A DNA stretch of 43,967 nt, filler included, from an uncultured virus (IMG/VR IMGVR_UViG_2061766007_001416) (3 parts of one record of this genome joined end to end with filler, not necessarily neighbours in it), one strand, 5' to 3'. Numbered from the whole stretch's first letter, positions 19,188 through 30,998 are shown. Notes: a model not told the origin generated them from the sequence alone. Numbers and translations: made by a program.

Positions 19188-19710
19188 NNNNNNNNNNNNN
19201 NNNNNNNNNNNNNNNNNNNNNNNNNNNNNNNAGTTTGATGACCACGGCAAGATATACTATTGTCGGTGGTGCGAACCTAAGGTAAAAAGGAGAAAAGAGT
19301 CCCGATGAACGATTTATTCACGGAGCTGGACAAGCTCACAGACAGCACTAACAACATTGATTTCACAATGCTGGACATCGGTATTGAAATCAACAGCACC
19401 TCGGATTATGAGGTTGAGGAATTTAANNNNNNNNNNGGAGCTGGACAAGCTCACAGACAGTATCACAGATTTCACGCTGCCGGATATCGGTATTGAAATC
19501 AACAGCACCTCGGATTATGAGGTTGAGGAATTTAANNNNNNNNNNNNNNNNNNNNNNNNNNNNNNNNNNNNNNNNNNNNNNNNNNNNNNNNNNNNNNNNN
19601 NNNNNNNNNNNNNNNNNNNNNNNNNNNNNNNNNNNNNNNNNNNNNNNNNNNNNNNNNNNNNNNNNNNNNNNNNNNNNNNNNNNNNNNNNNNNNNNNNNNN
19701 NNNNNNNNNN

Positions 19711-20200
19711 AGAAGAGTATAAAAGCAGGGTGTACACAAACCGCCCAGCTTATGCAGATTTGGACTCAGCTGCGAAATTCCAGGCAATTCAGGGAATTGT
19801 CGCTACACGGTTAAAGCAACACCCTAATGCAATATGTTCTTACTCGGGTGGTGCGGACAGCGACATTCTGATTGACCTGATTGAGCGGACAAGAGAACTT
19901 TTCAACCTGCCGCCTGTCAAGTATGTATTTTTTAATACGGGACTTGAAATGAAAGCGACAAAAGACCACGTAAAAGCAACTGCTGAGAAATACTCGGGTG
20001 TTGAGATNNNNNNNNNNCGTGTTTTTTAACACTGGACTAGAAATGAAAGCAACAAAAGACCACGTAAAAGCAACTGCTGAGAAATACTCGGGTGTTGAGA
20101 TTGAAGAAGTAAGACCCAAAACCAATATAGTACAAGCTACACGGAAATATGGGATACCGTTTGTATCGAAGATTATGTCGGCAGGGCTTGAGGGTTGGCA
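19711..20200 (+). CDS. PAPS-reductase-family (PP-loop) protein, fragments
   Basis: CSYSGGADSDI, VFFNTGLE, KYGIPFVSK. Confidence 0.8.
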
Positions 20201-20350
20201 NNNNNNNNNNNNNNNNNNNNNNNNNNNNNNNNNNNNNNNNNNNNNNNNNNNNNNNNNNNNNNNNNNNNNNNNNNNNNNNNNNNNNNNNNNNNNNNNNNNN
20301 NNNNNNNNNNNNNNNNNNNNNNNNNNNNNNNNNNNNNNNNNNNNNNNNNN

Positions 20351-20583
20351 TCATGGCTAAGAAAACCATGCTCAGACAGTTAATATCAAAATGGGGCGTA
20401 ATGTCTGTTGATATGACTCAGGCTATCGAAACAGATAACAGCGTTATAAAAATCGACAAAGGCAATTTTGCGGCAGAAATACCTGAGAGTGAAAATCTTT
20501 TTGATGACAATGCAGACGTTCCGGAAGACAATACCGAACCCGAAACAAACGACCCCGAAGAGGTAAACTTTGATGAACTATAA
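20351..20583 (+). CDS. recT: RecT-family recombinase, C-terminal fragment
   Basis: MAKKTMLRQLISKWGVMSVDM; followed by an MBL nuclease. Confidence 0.75.
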
Positions 20584-21343
20584 CATCATCTCGACAGGTT
20601 CTAAAGGCAATGCGGTTGTTTTGAACAGCCGCATGCTGATAGACTGCGGAGTTAACTACAAGCAGCTGTCCCCTTATATAGGGGGATTGCAGCTTGTATT
20701 GTTAACACACATACACGGCGATCATTTCTATCCGTCAACGATTAAGAAACTTGCAAAAATGCGCCCTACACTGCGCTTTGGGTGTTGTGACTGGCTTCTA
20801 AAAGATTTAATATCCTGCGGCGTGCAGAAATGGAGAATAGACGTTTTTACTCCCGGATTGGCANNNNNNNNNNAAATTACAAGCAGTTATCTCCATATGT
20901 AAGCGGATTGCAGCTTGTATTGTTAACGCACATACATGGCGATCATTTTTATCCGTCAACGATTAAGAAGCTTGCAAAAATGCGTCCTACGCTGCGTTTC
21001 GGGTGTTGCGACTGGCTGCTTAAAGATTTAATATCCTGTGGTGTGCAGAAATGGAGAATAGATATTTTTACTCCAGGTTTGGCAAATATTTATAATCAGG
21101 ATCTGCAAATAACAGCGGTTGAACTGTCNNNNNNNNNNTATATTTATAATCAGGATCTGCAAATAACAGCGGTTGAACTGTCGCACAATGTGCCAAACTG
21201 CGGATACAAAATTTTTATTGACGGCGAAAAAATCTTTTATGCAACAGACACGAACAACCTTAACGGGATAACTGCTCCCGATTATGATTTGTATATGATT
21301 GAAGCGAATTACGAGGATGAAGAAATACAGGAACGCATACGCA
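20570..21343 (+). CDS. Metallo-beta-lactamase-fold hydrolase (exonuclease partner), multi-allele fragments
   Basis: STGSKGN, LIDCG, THIHGDH, YATDT, IEANY. Confidence 0.85.
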
Positions 21344-21532
21344 ANNNNNNNNNNGCCGCTTGGTGTCTGCTTTTCTTGCCTTGACGATATTTTTGAGGAC
21401 GATAAAGTAACTGTTCTTGACGACAAGGTTTATTGCAAAAAATGCGTTTGGGACACCTATGCCACAAAGGAGATGTTTGAAGATGATCGACAACCTTTTT
21501 GGGTTGACAGATAAGAAAGAGAGGTTGATGTA

Positions 21533-22036
21533 ATGATTATACACGAAATCGCAGAGAAGTTTAAGGAACTGCTCGACATAGCAGAAACAGAAGAACTTCC
21601 GGAAGACGCATTAAAAGATACTTTTGAAAGCCTTAACCTCGAGTTTGAGGATAAAGCGGAAAACACGGCAATTGTTATTAAAGAGCTGGAGGCAACTGTT
21701 AGCAAGCTGAAAAAGGAAGTTGAGCGGCTTAACAATCATATCAGTTCTATCGAAAACAACATCAAACGCTTGAAATTAGGTCTTGAAACGGCTATGAGAA
21801 CGGCTGGAAAAACTAAGTTTAAAACATTCCTTTTCAGCTTTAACATTCAGAAAAACGGCGGCAAACTGCCTGTAATAGTTGATTCTGATGTTGAAGATTT
21901 GCCGGAAGAATTAGTTACTATCTCAAAAAAGCCGAATTTGGCGGCAATCGAGAAAAGGCTGAAAGAAGAACCGAATACAGATATTTGCCTTTACGCTCAC
22001 TTCGGTGAGCGTGGGGAAAGCCTTAGGATTCGTTAG
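21533..22036 (+). CDS. Siphovirus Gp157-family protein
   Basis: DTFESL, EDKAEN, coiled coil, ESLRIR end. Confidence 0.85.
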   Translation: MIIHEIAEKFKELLDIAETEELPEDALKDTFESLNLEFEDKAENTAIVIKELEATVSKLKKEVERLNNHISSIENNIKRLKLGLETAMRTAGKTKFKTFLFSFNIQKNGGKLPVIVDSDVEDLPEELVTISKKPNLAAIEKRLKEEPNTDICLYAHFGERGESLRIR

Positions 22037-22047
22037 GAGGTGATTTT

Positions 22048-22680
22048 ATGGGCAATATGGAAATTTACGAAAAATCGAGAGAATGTCCTCCAAATGCCCT
22101 TAAAACTATCGCCGCAGGAAGACTTAAAGGAAAGTCGGACATCAATCCGATGTGGCGAATCAAAATGTTGACGGAGCTTTTTGGAGCGGCAGGAATCGGC
22201 TGGTACTACGAGATTACAAAACAGTGGACTGAAATTGGTGCAAACGGTGAGATAGCTGCATTTTGTAATATCAATCTTTTTATCAGGGTTGATAACGAAT
22301 GGAGCAAACCTATACAGGGTACAGGCGGCAGTGCTTTCATTGCAAAGGAAAAAAATGGATTGTACACTTCCGATGAATGTTACAAAATGGCTTTGACCGA
22401 TGCAATAAGCGTAGCTTGTAAGGCTTTAGGTTTTGCGGCTGATGTTTACTGGAATTCAGATAGGACAAAGTATGATAGGGCAGAATTTCAAAACAATCTG
22501 CCAACACAAAACAATTCAGCAGAGCCTAAACAGTACAATTGCGTAAGCTGCGGACAACCTTTTAAGCCTTTTACATCTAATAACAAGAATTATACCGCAG
22601 GACAAGCATTTCATATGGCAGAGAGAAAATACGGCAAGGCAATTTGTATCAATTGTAGGAAGAAAGAGGGAATACAGTAA
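22048..22680 (+). CDS. Rad52/Sak-like ssDNA annealing protein with C-terminal Zn finger
   Basis: INPMWRIKMLTELFG, YKMALTDAISVACKALGFAADVY; between gp157 and ssb. Confidence 0.7.
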   Translation: MGNMEIYEKSRECPPNALKTIAAGRLKGKSDINPMWRIKMLTELFGAAGIGWYYEITKQWTEIGANGEIAAFCNINLFIRVDNEWSKPIQGTGGSAFIAKEKNGLYTSDECYKMALTDAISVACKALGFAADVYWNSDRTKYDRAEFQNNLPTQNNSAEPKQYNCVSCGQPFKPFTSNNKNYTAGQAFHMAERKYGKAICINCRKKEGIQ

Positions 22681-23063
22681 TGAACAATGTATCTTTAGTG
22701 GGTCGATTGACCAAAGACCCCGAGCTTAAAACAACACAGAGCGGTTTATCTGTATGCCGTTTTACGGTAGCCGTTGACAGACCGTATAGCAAAGACAAGA
22801 CGGATTTTATTAACTGCATCGCATGGAGAAAAACAGCGGAGTTTATCACTAGCTATTTTTCCAAAGGTCAGAGAATTGCACTCACAGGCTTAATTCAGAC
22901 AGGCAGTTACACCGGCAAAGACGGTAAAACCGTATATACAACCGACATCAACGTAAATAATGTTGAGTTTTGCGAGAGCAAAAAGCAGAGTGACAGTAGC
23001 GGCAACAATCTTAACAACGTTGAAACGGACGATATGCCGTTCGATGACGATTTGCCTTTTTAA
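22680..23063 (+). CDS. ssb: Single-stranded DNA-binding protein
   Basis: MNNVSLVGRLTKDPEL...DDDLPF. Confidence 0.95.
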   Translation: MNNVSLVGRLTKDPELKTTQSGLSVCRFTVAVDRPYSKDKTDFINCIAWRKTAEFITSYFSKGQRIALTGLIQTGSYTGKDGKTVYTTDINVNNVEFCESKKQSDSSGNNLNNVETDDMPFDDDLPF

Positions 23064-23226
23064 ACTTTTTGTGAATTTCTCAAAAAAGAAGAAAATGGTC
23101 AATATGCTTATGAATACGAAGTATTAAAAAATCATTTAAGCAAGCAAAAATGTGATGATTTTATTGTAAGAAACGCAGGAAATAAAAGTCAATTTATTTA
23201 TATGCATGGGCATATAGGAAAGGATT

Positions 23227-23439
23227 TTGATAATGAGTAAGTTTATAGAGGTTATTTCGCATGAGTATCAAAATGATCAAAGGTGGGCAATTAACACCGA
23301 AAGTATTATGTATGTTACCGCGAGTGACAAAGGAAACGCAAAAGTTTATTTTAATGATGATGACTGGCTAATTTTGGAAGAGAGCTACGACCACTTTTTA
23401 AACAGATTGGCAGAGGTCACGGAGGTTACAGAATTATGA
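23227..23439 (+). CDS. Hypothetical protein
   Basis: ORF with RBS, coupled to the next gene. Confidence 0.55.
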   Translation: MIMSKFIEVISHEYQNDQRWAINTESIMYVTASDKGNAKVYFNDDDWLILEESYDHFLNRLAEVTEVTEL

Positions 23440-23621
23440 AAGCACGAATTGATCTTAAGCCTTGCCCTTTCTGCGGCAACAAATCGGTAGATATGGTTAA
23501 AGGTTTGGTAGCAGGTATTACAATGTTTTCTTGCCGCAAATGCAAGGCTTTAACAAGTTTTCAGGGCAAAGAAGAAGCAAATCAGGCTGTTGGAGCGTGG
23601 AACGAGAGAACAAACAATTAA
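23436..23621 (+). CDS. Lar-family restriction alleviation zinc finger protein
   Basis: LKPCPFCG...CRKC...AWNER. Confidence 0.75.
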   Translation: MKARIDLKPCPFCGNKSVDMVKGLVAGITMFSCRKCKALTSFQGKEEANQAVGAWNERTNN

Positions 23622-23701
23622 CAGAAAATTTACAAAAGAATTTGCGTAGTTGCATACAATTTTTAGCCTTTTCCAGAGGATTTATGAAGGGCGGTGATAA
23701 A

Positions 23702-24288
23702 TTGGCTGAAAATAAAAAATTCTACTGGATAAAACTCAAAACTGACTTTTTTAGTCAAGAAACAATTGACTTCTTGATGTCACAGCCGAACGGCTGCCAG
23801 TATGTTGTTTTGTATCAAATGCTTTGTTTAAATACCGCAAACAACAGCGGAAATCTTTCAACAAAAATTGGGGAAATGATTGTTCCGTATGACGTCAAAA
23901 AGATTGTGAGAGATACAAAATATTTTGATTTTGATACTGTTACAATTGCTTTAGGTTTATTCAAGCAGCTGGGTTTGATTTACGAGGGCGACGAAAATAT
24001 ACTTAAAATTTCCAATTTTGATAATATGGTAGGCTTTGAAAGCCAATGGGCAGAAAAGAAGCGTGCATATCGTGAGAAAAAAAGACAGCTTACAGAAAAA
24101 GTAGAGGACAACAAAAAGGACATTCGAGAGGACAATGTCCGACAAGAGATTAGAGTTAGAGATAAGAGTTTAGAGATTAGAGAAAAGAGTATAGATAATA
24201 GAGAAAAGAGTATAGAAGTTAGAGATAGAAATATAACTAACAACAAAGACAAATTTCTCGAAATTGCAAATCTATTCAACGCAATTTG
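23702..24288 (+). CDS. Phage replisome organizer/initiator (partial; second allele at 24422-24745)
   Basis: TTG start after GGCGGTG; KKFYWIKLKTDFF. Confidence 0.85.
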
Positions 24289-24946
24289 NNNNNNNNNNNN
24301 NNNNNNNNNNNNNNNNNNNNNNNNNNNNNNNNNNNNNNNNNNNNNNNNNNNNNNNNNNNNNNNNNNNNNNNNNNNNNNNNNNNNNNNNNNNNNNNNNNNN
24401 NNNNNNNNNNNNNNNNNNNNNTTCCAATTTTGAGCTTATGGTTGGGAGCGAAAGTGCGAGTAAAGAAGCGGAACGGCAAAGAAAGTCAAGGGCAAAACGG
24501 AAAGCAATAGAACAAAATGTTCAAACAAATTGTGACAAAATGTCGCAAAAAAACGTGACAAATTGTCACACAGAGATTAGAGATCAGAGTTTAGAGTTTA
24601 GAGAAAAGAGTTTAGATACCAGAGAACAGATTTTAGAGAACAGAGAAAAGAACTTAGATAATAAATATTATAATTCAGAAGTTAGAGTTAGAGAAAACAA
24701 CAAAGACAAATTTCTCGAAATTGCAAATCTATTCAACGCAATTTGNNNNNNNNNNAATTCTTATAAAAGAGGAGTTGTGATATTGAATAACAAGTACGGT
24801 TATCAAGTGGACATCACCAGGCCAAAATATCGGGATCTTTACGAACGTTACAAGAAATATAAAAATATCCCGAAGTGGTGTCCGCTGTCGGATTATGAGC
24901 GGTTGGAATTTGAAGAGTTTGTTTTGAATAGGAAAGGAAGAACTAA

Positions 24947-25471
24947 ATGACAGGATTAGAGCTGTTTGAACAAGAAATGAGAACTCGGGGCTGTACGGAA
25001 TCCCAGATTAAGAGCAAAGCTGTTGCTATTGCCCTAGACATTATCTCTCAAAACAAGAATGAATATTTTGAGAATATAAGGGACGCAGAAAAAGAGATCC
25101 GGAGTCTCAAAGGCGAGATTGCTTGCTATAGGAGTGAGGTTGAACATCAAAAGTTTTTGTATGAGCACGAGAAAAAGAGGTTAGACGAATGTCGTGCAAA
25201 ACGAAAAGAATTTTTTGATGACGAGTACAACAAAATCAGCGAATACATTAAAGCTTTTTATCTTGCTTTAGAAGATATGGAAACACCTGAGCAAAGAGAT
25301 GCTCTTAAAACAGCACAAATATTTGTCAACAGCGTTGAGATCGATTCTAAGTATGATAACACGGCTTTTATTGATGGACTTGCAGCGATTTTGTCAAAAG
25401 GACAAGGTGCAGGACTTAGGGAATTAAGAAAAGTAGAAAGGGAAATCAAAAGAAAGGTGGAAAGAATATGA
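24947..25471 (+). CDS. Hypothetical protein
   Basis: 174-aa ORF overlapping both neighbours. Confidence 0.6.
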   Translation: MTGLELFEQEMRTRGCTESQIKSKAVAIALDIISQNKNEYFENIRDAEKEIRSLKGEIACYRSEVEHQKFLYEHEKKRLDECRAKRKEFFDDEYNKISEYIKAFYLALEDMETPEQRDALKTAQIFVNSVEIDSKYDNTAFIDGLAAILSKGQGAGLRELRKVEREIKRKVERI

Positions 25472-25659
25472 ATGACGAATTGATAAGGAAGTCGGACGTG
25501 CTGAATTTGCTGAACAAAACCAAAGTTGCCTTATGGCATGATAATTATGCTGGTGCGGTTCTTATTGCAATACATGATGCGGTTGAGGATATGCCGCCCG
25601 TCAACGCAGTAGAGCTGCCGTGCAAGATTGGGGACGAGGTTTTCGAACCNNNNNNNNNN

Positions 25660-25945
25660 TATACAGCAGGCTAAAAAACTTTTCCCCGTGCCAACGTCGC
25701 CGTAGAAGAGAATCCCAATGTTGTTTTTCTTCATTTCTTTCCAGTGCTCTACATACTTTTGACACTTNNNNNNNNNNATCACACTGCGCAGGGACTAATC
25801 TGTCACGGAATCTAAACTGCTTTCGCTTTCCGCATACGTTGCAAACGAAATAACCTTCGCTGTCTTTGTGACAGTTCTCAAAACTCTGTTCCTGCTTTTC
25901 TGCCGTGTCTGCGGCTTCTTCAATAATGCTTTCGATTATGTTCAT
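25660..25945 (-). CDS. DnaC/IstB-like helicase loader fragments (second allele at 26350-26649)
   Basis: CNVCG..CEC zinc motif; GILFYGDVGTGKSFLA Walker A. Confidence 0.75.
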
Positions 25946-25958
25946 TTTTTACTCCCTC

Positions 25959-26338
25959 TTAAAACGGATCGTCATAGCTTCCGCCTTCGTCTTCGGTGTT
26001 CTTTGCCGGTTCTTTGTTGTCGTACTTACCTGACAAAATTTTGTTGACGTTATCGGGTCTAATGATCCACTCAAATGATGCTTTATTGCCACCTTTGCTC
26101 CATCTGCCGTTTCTACCCGTCAAGAAGTCCGAACGTTCCACACACTCAAACAGCTTTTCAAAGTCGAGATCACTCTTCTGCGCCATCAGCTGCAAAAGCA
26201 TTCTTTTTGAATAGTCGCCAAGACTCTTAACGGGGTCTAAGCTTACGCAAACAGAATTGAACGACAATAGAATATCATCGAGCAATTCGCCGTCCGCACT
26301 GCTTTGCTTTGCTTTGCTTTTATTTACTTTACTTTGCT
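25959..26338 (-). CDS. Replication initiator, C-terminal fragment
   Basis: SDFLTGRN..W..ASFEWII..N..KILSGKYDN; preceded by AAAGC/AAAGT pentamer repeats. Confidence 0.65.
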
Positions 26339-27847
26339 TNNNNNNNNNNCGCCGATATTTCGGGGTTGAGTCCGTCGTCTTTTTCGAAAGTGTTTCGGAG
26401 ATATCTCCTGTCTGTCACTCCGGTTTCGAAAAGATACGCTATCCGCTGTTCCTGCTTTAATTCGGCTATAATCCTGCGTTCACGTTCCTGATCGCACTCA
26501 CACTGCGCCGGGACTAATCTGTCACGAAACCTGAACTGCTTTCGCTTTCCGCATACGTTGCAAACGAAATAACCTTCGCTGTCNNNNNNNNNNACCTGCT
26601 TTTCTGCCGTGTCTGCGGCTTCTTCGATAATGCTTTCGATTATGTTCATTTTTTACTCCTTAAAACGGATCGTCATAGCTTCCGCCGTCGTCTTCGGTGT
26701 TCTTTGCCGGTTCTTTGTTGTCGTACTTGCCCGACAAAATTTTGTTGACGTTATCGGGTCTAATGATCCACTCAAATGATGCNNNNNNNNNNCAAAGCCG
26801 AGATAGACAAGCTAAAAAACCACAACAGAGATTTAGGTGCAGCNNNNNNNNNNNNNNNNNNNNNNNNNNNNNNNNNNNNNNNNNNNNNNNNNNNNNNNNN
26901 NNNNNNNNNNNNNNNNNNNNNNNNNNNNNNNNNNNNNNNNNNNNNNNNNNNNNNNNNNNNNNNNNNNNNNNNNNNNNNNNNNNNNNNNNNNNNNNNNNNN
27001 NNNNNNNNNNNNNNNNNNNNNNNNNNNNNNNNNNNNNNNNNNNNNNNNNNNNNNNNNNNNNNNNNNNNNNNNNNNNNNNNNNNNNNNNNNNNNNNNNNNN
27101 NNNNNNNNNNNNNNNNNNNNNNNNNNNNNNNNNNNNNNNNNNNNNNNNNNNNNNNNNNNNNNNNNNNNNNNNNNNNNNNNNNNNNNNNNNNNNNNNNNNN
27201 NNNNNNNNNNNNNNNNNNNNNNNNNNNNNNNNNNNNNNNNNNNNNNNNNNNNNNNNNNNNNNNNNNNNNNNNNNNNNNNNNNNNNNNNNNNNNNNNNNNN
27301 NNNNNNNNNNNNNNNNNNNNNNNNNNNNNNNNNNNNNNNNNNNNNNNNNNNNNNNNNNNNNNNNNNNNNNNNNNNNNNNNNNNNNNNNNNNNNNNNNNNN
27401 NNNNNNNNNNNNNNNNNNNNNNNNNNNNNNNNNNNNNNNNNNNNNNNNNNNNNTCGCAACCGTCCGATAGATGTTGCAGTAGTAGACAACTCCGCCGAAA
27501 ACGACCGCAAGCTTAACGAGGTTATNNNNNNNNNNNNNNNNNNNNNNNNNNNNNNNNNNNNNNNNNNNNNNNNNNNNNNNNNNAGACAGCTTGAAGCCGA
27601 TAAGCAGCGTGAAATTAACGCTATACGTGATGAATACGAGAAAAAGCTCGCCGAATCCGTTAAAGCCGCAGAACCCTCTCCCGAGCCGATAGACGCAGAT
27701 AAGCTGAAATTTAAAGTTTATTTAACGGCGGCATTTGATTCTTTAAAAAGGCTTACCGACTTCACGCAGAAGAATCAAGATGACACTTACAAAGAAAAAA
27801 TCAAGCAGCTTTTGAACAGCGTGCTTGCAGAATTGGAGGATTAATCA

Positions 27848-28465
27848 ATGAAACTTTATGAACTAACAACAGATTTTTCTGATCTATTCGACCGTTTCGA
27901 TGAAATCGACAACTGGGAACCCGACACCGATGAAGAAGGAAAACCTATTGACGATAACGGCAATGTTATCAAAGACGTTAAGGCATACAAAGAAGCTATG
28001 CTCCAAGCATGGTTTGATACTCTTGACGGTATTGAGGTGCTTTTCGAGGATAAAGCGGTAAATACCGCTATGTACATTAAGAATCTCAGAAGCGAAGCCG
28101 AGCAGTGCAAAGCCGAAAAAATGAGATTTGCAGCTAGGCAGTCGCAAAAAGAAAAAGCTGCCGACCGCCTTGAAAAATATCTTTTGGACAGTATGCAGAG
28201 AATCGGCAGAACTACGATTGACCGCCCTCAGGCTCTCATCACGATAAAGCAGAATCCCGAAAGTACGATAATTGAAAACGAGTTGGCTTTTATTGAATGG
28301 GCAGAATCAACCAACAATAAGAAGCTTTTAAAATACAATCAGCCGTCAATAAAGCTTAACGATGTCAAGTCACTTATCAGAAAAGAAAACAGCGAGAACG
28401 TTCCCATTGAGGATAGAGTTAAGTTCGCTCATCTCGAACGCAAAACGGTTTTGAAAATCAAGTAA
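27848..28465 (+). CDS. Siphovirus Gp157-family protein (second)
   Basis: MKLYEL, DTLDGIE, EDKAVN. Confidence 0.8.
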   Translation: MKLYELTTDFSDLFDRFDEIDNWEPDTDEEGKPIDDNGNVIKDVKAYKEAMLQAWFDTLDGIEVLFEDKAVNTAMYIKNLRSEAEQCKAEKMRFAARQSQKEKAADRLEKYLLDSMQRIGRTTIDRPQALITIKQNPESTIIENELAFIEWAESTNNKKLLKYNQPSIKLNDVKSLIRKENSENVPIEDRVKFAHLERKTVLKIK

Positions 28466-28476
28466 GGAGTGAAAAC

Positions 28477-29370
28477 ATGGGACTTTTTGAAATAGCCACA
28501 AGAGCAAAATCTAAAGCAAGAATCGCATTAACAGGTTCTTCCGGTTCGGGCAAAACGCTTTCCGCTCTTTATCTTGCCTACGGATTTACAGACGATTGGA
28601 GCAAAATCGCATTGATAGACACCGAACATGAACGAGGCAGATTTTATGCTAATCGTGACGATTTGAAAACAGGCGCATTTCTCTACGCTTCGCTTACGCC
28701 GCCTTATTCCGCAGAGCGTTACATAACTTATGTTAAAGAAGCTGCCAATGCGGTTGGAGAAGACGGAGTAATTATTATCGACAGCTTTTCTCATGCGTGG
28801 GATAACGAGGGCGGTGTGCTTGATTATAAGTCGGAAGTAGCCAAACAACAAGGAAAAAACGATTATACGGCGTGGGCAGACGCAGGAAAGGTTCAGAACA
28901 ATCTTGTAAATACAATTCTTTCCGTACCGTGCCACACCATTATTACAATGCGTGCAAAAATGGCTTACGCTATGGAAGTAAATGACCGTGGAAAGACAGT
29001 GCCTGTAAAAATCGGACTTGCTCCTGTTCAGCGTGAGAATACCGAATATGAGTTTGACGTTTGCTTTCAAATCGCTCAGAATCATATTGCAGGCATATCA
29101 AAGGATACAACTTTTCTTGACGGCTGGAGCGGTGTAATCACTCCCGAGATTGGTTCTCAGCTTAACGAATTTTTATCTAAGGGTATTAATCTCCCTAGAT
29201 GTACGAATTGTAATCGTATTATTACAGCCGGTAAAACAAAGAGCGTGCAGCAGATTGTTGACGGTTCTGTCAAGGTGTACGGCAGGCAGCTTTGTATTGA
29301 TTGTACACGAAGAGTTATGAACGAAGAAAAGGCGGCGAAAGAAAATGCAGCTAAGACCGTATCAAAATGA
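28477..29370 (+). CDS. Sak4-like AAA ATPase recombinase
   Basis: GSSGSGKT, LIDTE, IIDSFSHAW, EYEFD. Confidence 0.8.
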   Translation: MGLFEIATRAKSKARIALTGSSGSGKTLSALYLAYGFTDDWSKIALIDTEHERGRFYANRDDLKTGAFLYASLTPPYSAERYITYVKEAANAVGEDGVIIIDSFSHAWDNEGGVLDYKSEVAKQQGKNDYTAWADAGKVQNNLVNTILSVPCHTIITMRAKMAYAMEVNDRGKTVPVKIGLAPVQRENTEYEFDVCFQIAQNHIAGISKDTTFLDGWSGVITPEIGSQLNEFLSKGINLPRCTNCNRIITAGKTKSVQQIVDGSVKVYGRQLCIDCTRRVMNEEKAAKENAAKTVSK

Positions 29371-30685
29371 CCTTGTTGAACAAGTCAGAAATGCCTGGAG
29401 AGAGGGTTATAAAGCACCGTGTATCGTTCTCGGGTGCGGCGGCGGTAAATCTTGTATCGTCGCCGAAATTGCCCGAAGAACGACTTGGAACGGTAAACGA
29501 GTTTTATTTTTAGTTCACCGCAGAGAGCTTGTAGACCAGATTTTCCGGACTTTTGTGAGGTGGGGCGTGCTTATGGATTTGTGCGAAATAGGCATGGTTC
29601 AGACCTTCACAAGACGTCTTAAAAAACTTAAAAAGCCGTCGCTTATCATCACGGACGAAAATCATCACAGCATTGCGCAGTCTTACAAACGCATTTACGA
29701 ATACTTTCCAGATGTCCCGAGAGTAGGCGTTACGGCAACTCCCGTAAGATTAAACGGCGACGGCTTGGGAGATGTAAACGACAAGCTTATTATCGGAGTT
29801 TCCACAAAGTGGCTTATAGAAAATCATTGTCTTGCACCTTATGATTATTACGCTCCCGATATTGCAGACTTAACGAGACTTCATACCAAAATGGGCGAAT
29901 ACGTCACTTCCGACATTGAAAAAGCAATGATAAAGAAAGCTGTTTTCGGCGATGTTATCCGCTATTACAAACAGCTTGCGGACGGCAAAAAAGCTATTTG
30001 TTATTGTTCGTCAATCAAGCATTCGGAAAAGACTGCGGAAGCATTTTGTAATGCAGGGATATCGGCAAAACATATTGACGGCAGTACTCCAAAGTCTGAA
30101 CGAGATAAAGTTATATCTGATTTCAGAAACGGCAGTATTACGATTTTATGCAATGTTGACTTGATATCAGAGGGTTTTGACGTACCCGACTGCGAATGTT
30201 CAATACTGCTCCGACCTACTCACAGTTTGACCTTGTTTATTCAGCAGTCAATGAGATGTATGAGATATAGACCAAACAAACGAGCCATTATTATAGACCA
30301 TGTAGGCAATTACGCAAGGCACGGAATGCCCGACGATGACAGAGAATGGACTTTAGAGAAGAAAAAACACAATAAAATTCAACAGGAAAAAGAACAGTCA
30401 ACAAAGGTTTTGCAATGTCCCGAGTGCTTTTATACTTTCAGTCTTGACGCTTTAGACAGCAGCGAAAGAAAATGCCCTAACTGCGGATATGTTTTCCCGA
30501 GCAAGGGGAGAAAAATCGAGTTTAAAGAAGAAACAGAGTTAATAAAAGTAGTTGGCTTTAAACTCGACTATTCGGGACCCGAGCAATGTCAAAGCTATGC
30601 AGAACTTGTCGAGTACGCAAAAGCATACGGATACAAAGTCGGCTGGGCATATTATCAGGCGAAGAAAATGGGGTTGATAGCATAA
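29345..30685 (+). CDS. SF2 DEAD/DEAH-like helicase
   Basis: LRPYQ, GGGKS, DENHH, TATP, ISEGFDVP. Confidence 0.92.
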   Translation: MQLRPYQNDLVEQVRNAWREGYKAPCIVLGCGGGKSCIVAEIARRTTWNGKRVLFLVHRRELVDQIFRTFVRWGVLMDLCEIGMVQTFTRRLKKLKKPSLIITDENHHSIAQSYKRIYEYFPDVPRVGVTATPVRLNGDGLGDVNDKLIIGVSTKWLIENHCLAPYDYYAPDIADLTRLHTKMGEYVTSDIEKAMIKKAVFGDVIRYYKQLADGKKAICYCSSIKHSEKTAEAFCNAGISAKHIDGSTPKSERDKVISDFRNGSITILCNVDLISEGFDVPDCECSILLRPTHSLTLFIQQSMRCMRYRPNKRAIIIDHVGNYARHGMPDDDREWTLEKKKHNKIQQEKEQSTKVLQCPECFYTFSLDALDSSERKCPNCGYVFPSKGRKIEFKEETELIKVVGFKLDYSGPEQCQSYAELVEYAKAYGYKVGWAYYQAKKMGLIA

Positions 30686-30996
30686 TGACAGAACATCAGA
30701 TACAGGACGAAATTCGCAAGGCAGTATCACCTTATGCAGTAATATTCAGAGTAAATGTCGGAAGCGGAAAAACTGTTGACGGACGTTTCTTTAAAACGGG
30801 AGTGCCGAGCGGATTCTCCGACCTGTTCGGAGTGCGGAAAAGTGACGGCAAGGCTGTTTTTATTGAGGTAAAAACTCCTAAAGGCAGACCTACCGACAAG
30901 CAGATAAATTTTATTAGTCGAATGAAAGAGCATGGAGCAATTGCGGGAATTTGCAGAAGTGCCGAGGAAGCAATTAAATTAATTTTGGAGGTTTAA
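30685..30996 (+). CDS. VRR-NUC nuclease
   Basis: MTEHQIQ, GFSDL, FIEVK..KGR. Confidence 0.88.
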   Translation: MTEHQIQDEIRKAVSPYAVIFRVNVGSGKTVDGRFFKTGVPSGFSDLFGVRKSDGKAVFIEVKTPKGRPTDKQINFISRMKEHGAIAGICRSAEEAIKLILEV

Positions 30997-30998
30997 TT

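Noticed and set aside
2079..21343. Tandem gene duplications (MuF, capsid, gp10, PAPS reductase, MBL)
   Set aside because: Every repeat boundary is an N gap; best explained as strain variants laid end to end.
25660..26782. Invertible segment carrying replication genes
   Set aside because: Bounded by gaps, with no inverted repeats or invertase; probably mis-oriented contigs.
26837..27516. Long ORFs consisting mostly of X (also 8517-9173 and 41763-42494)
   Set aside because: Produced by N runs; they carry no information.
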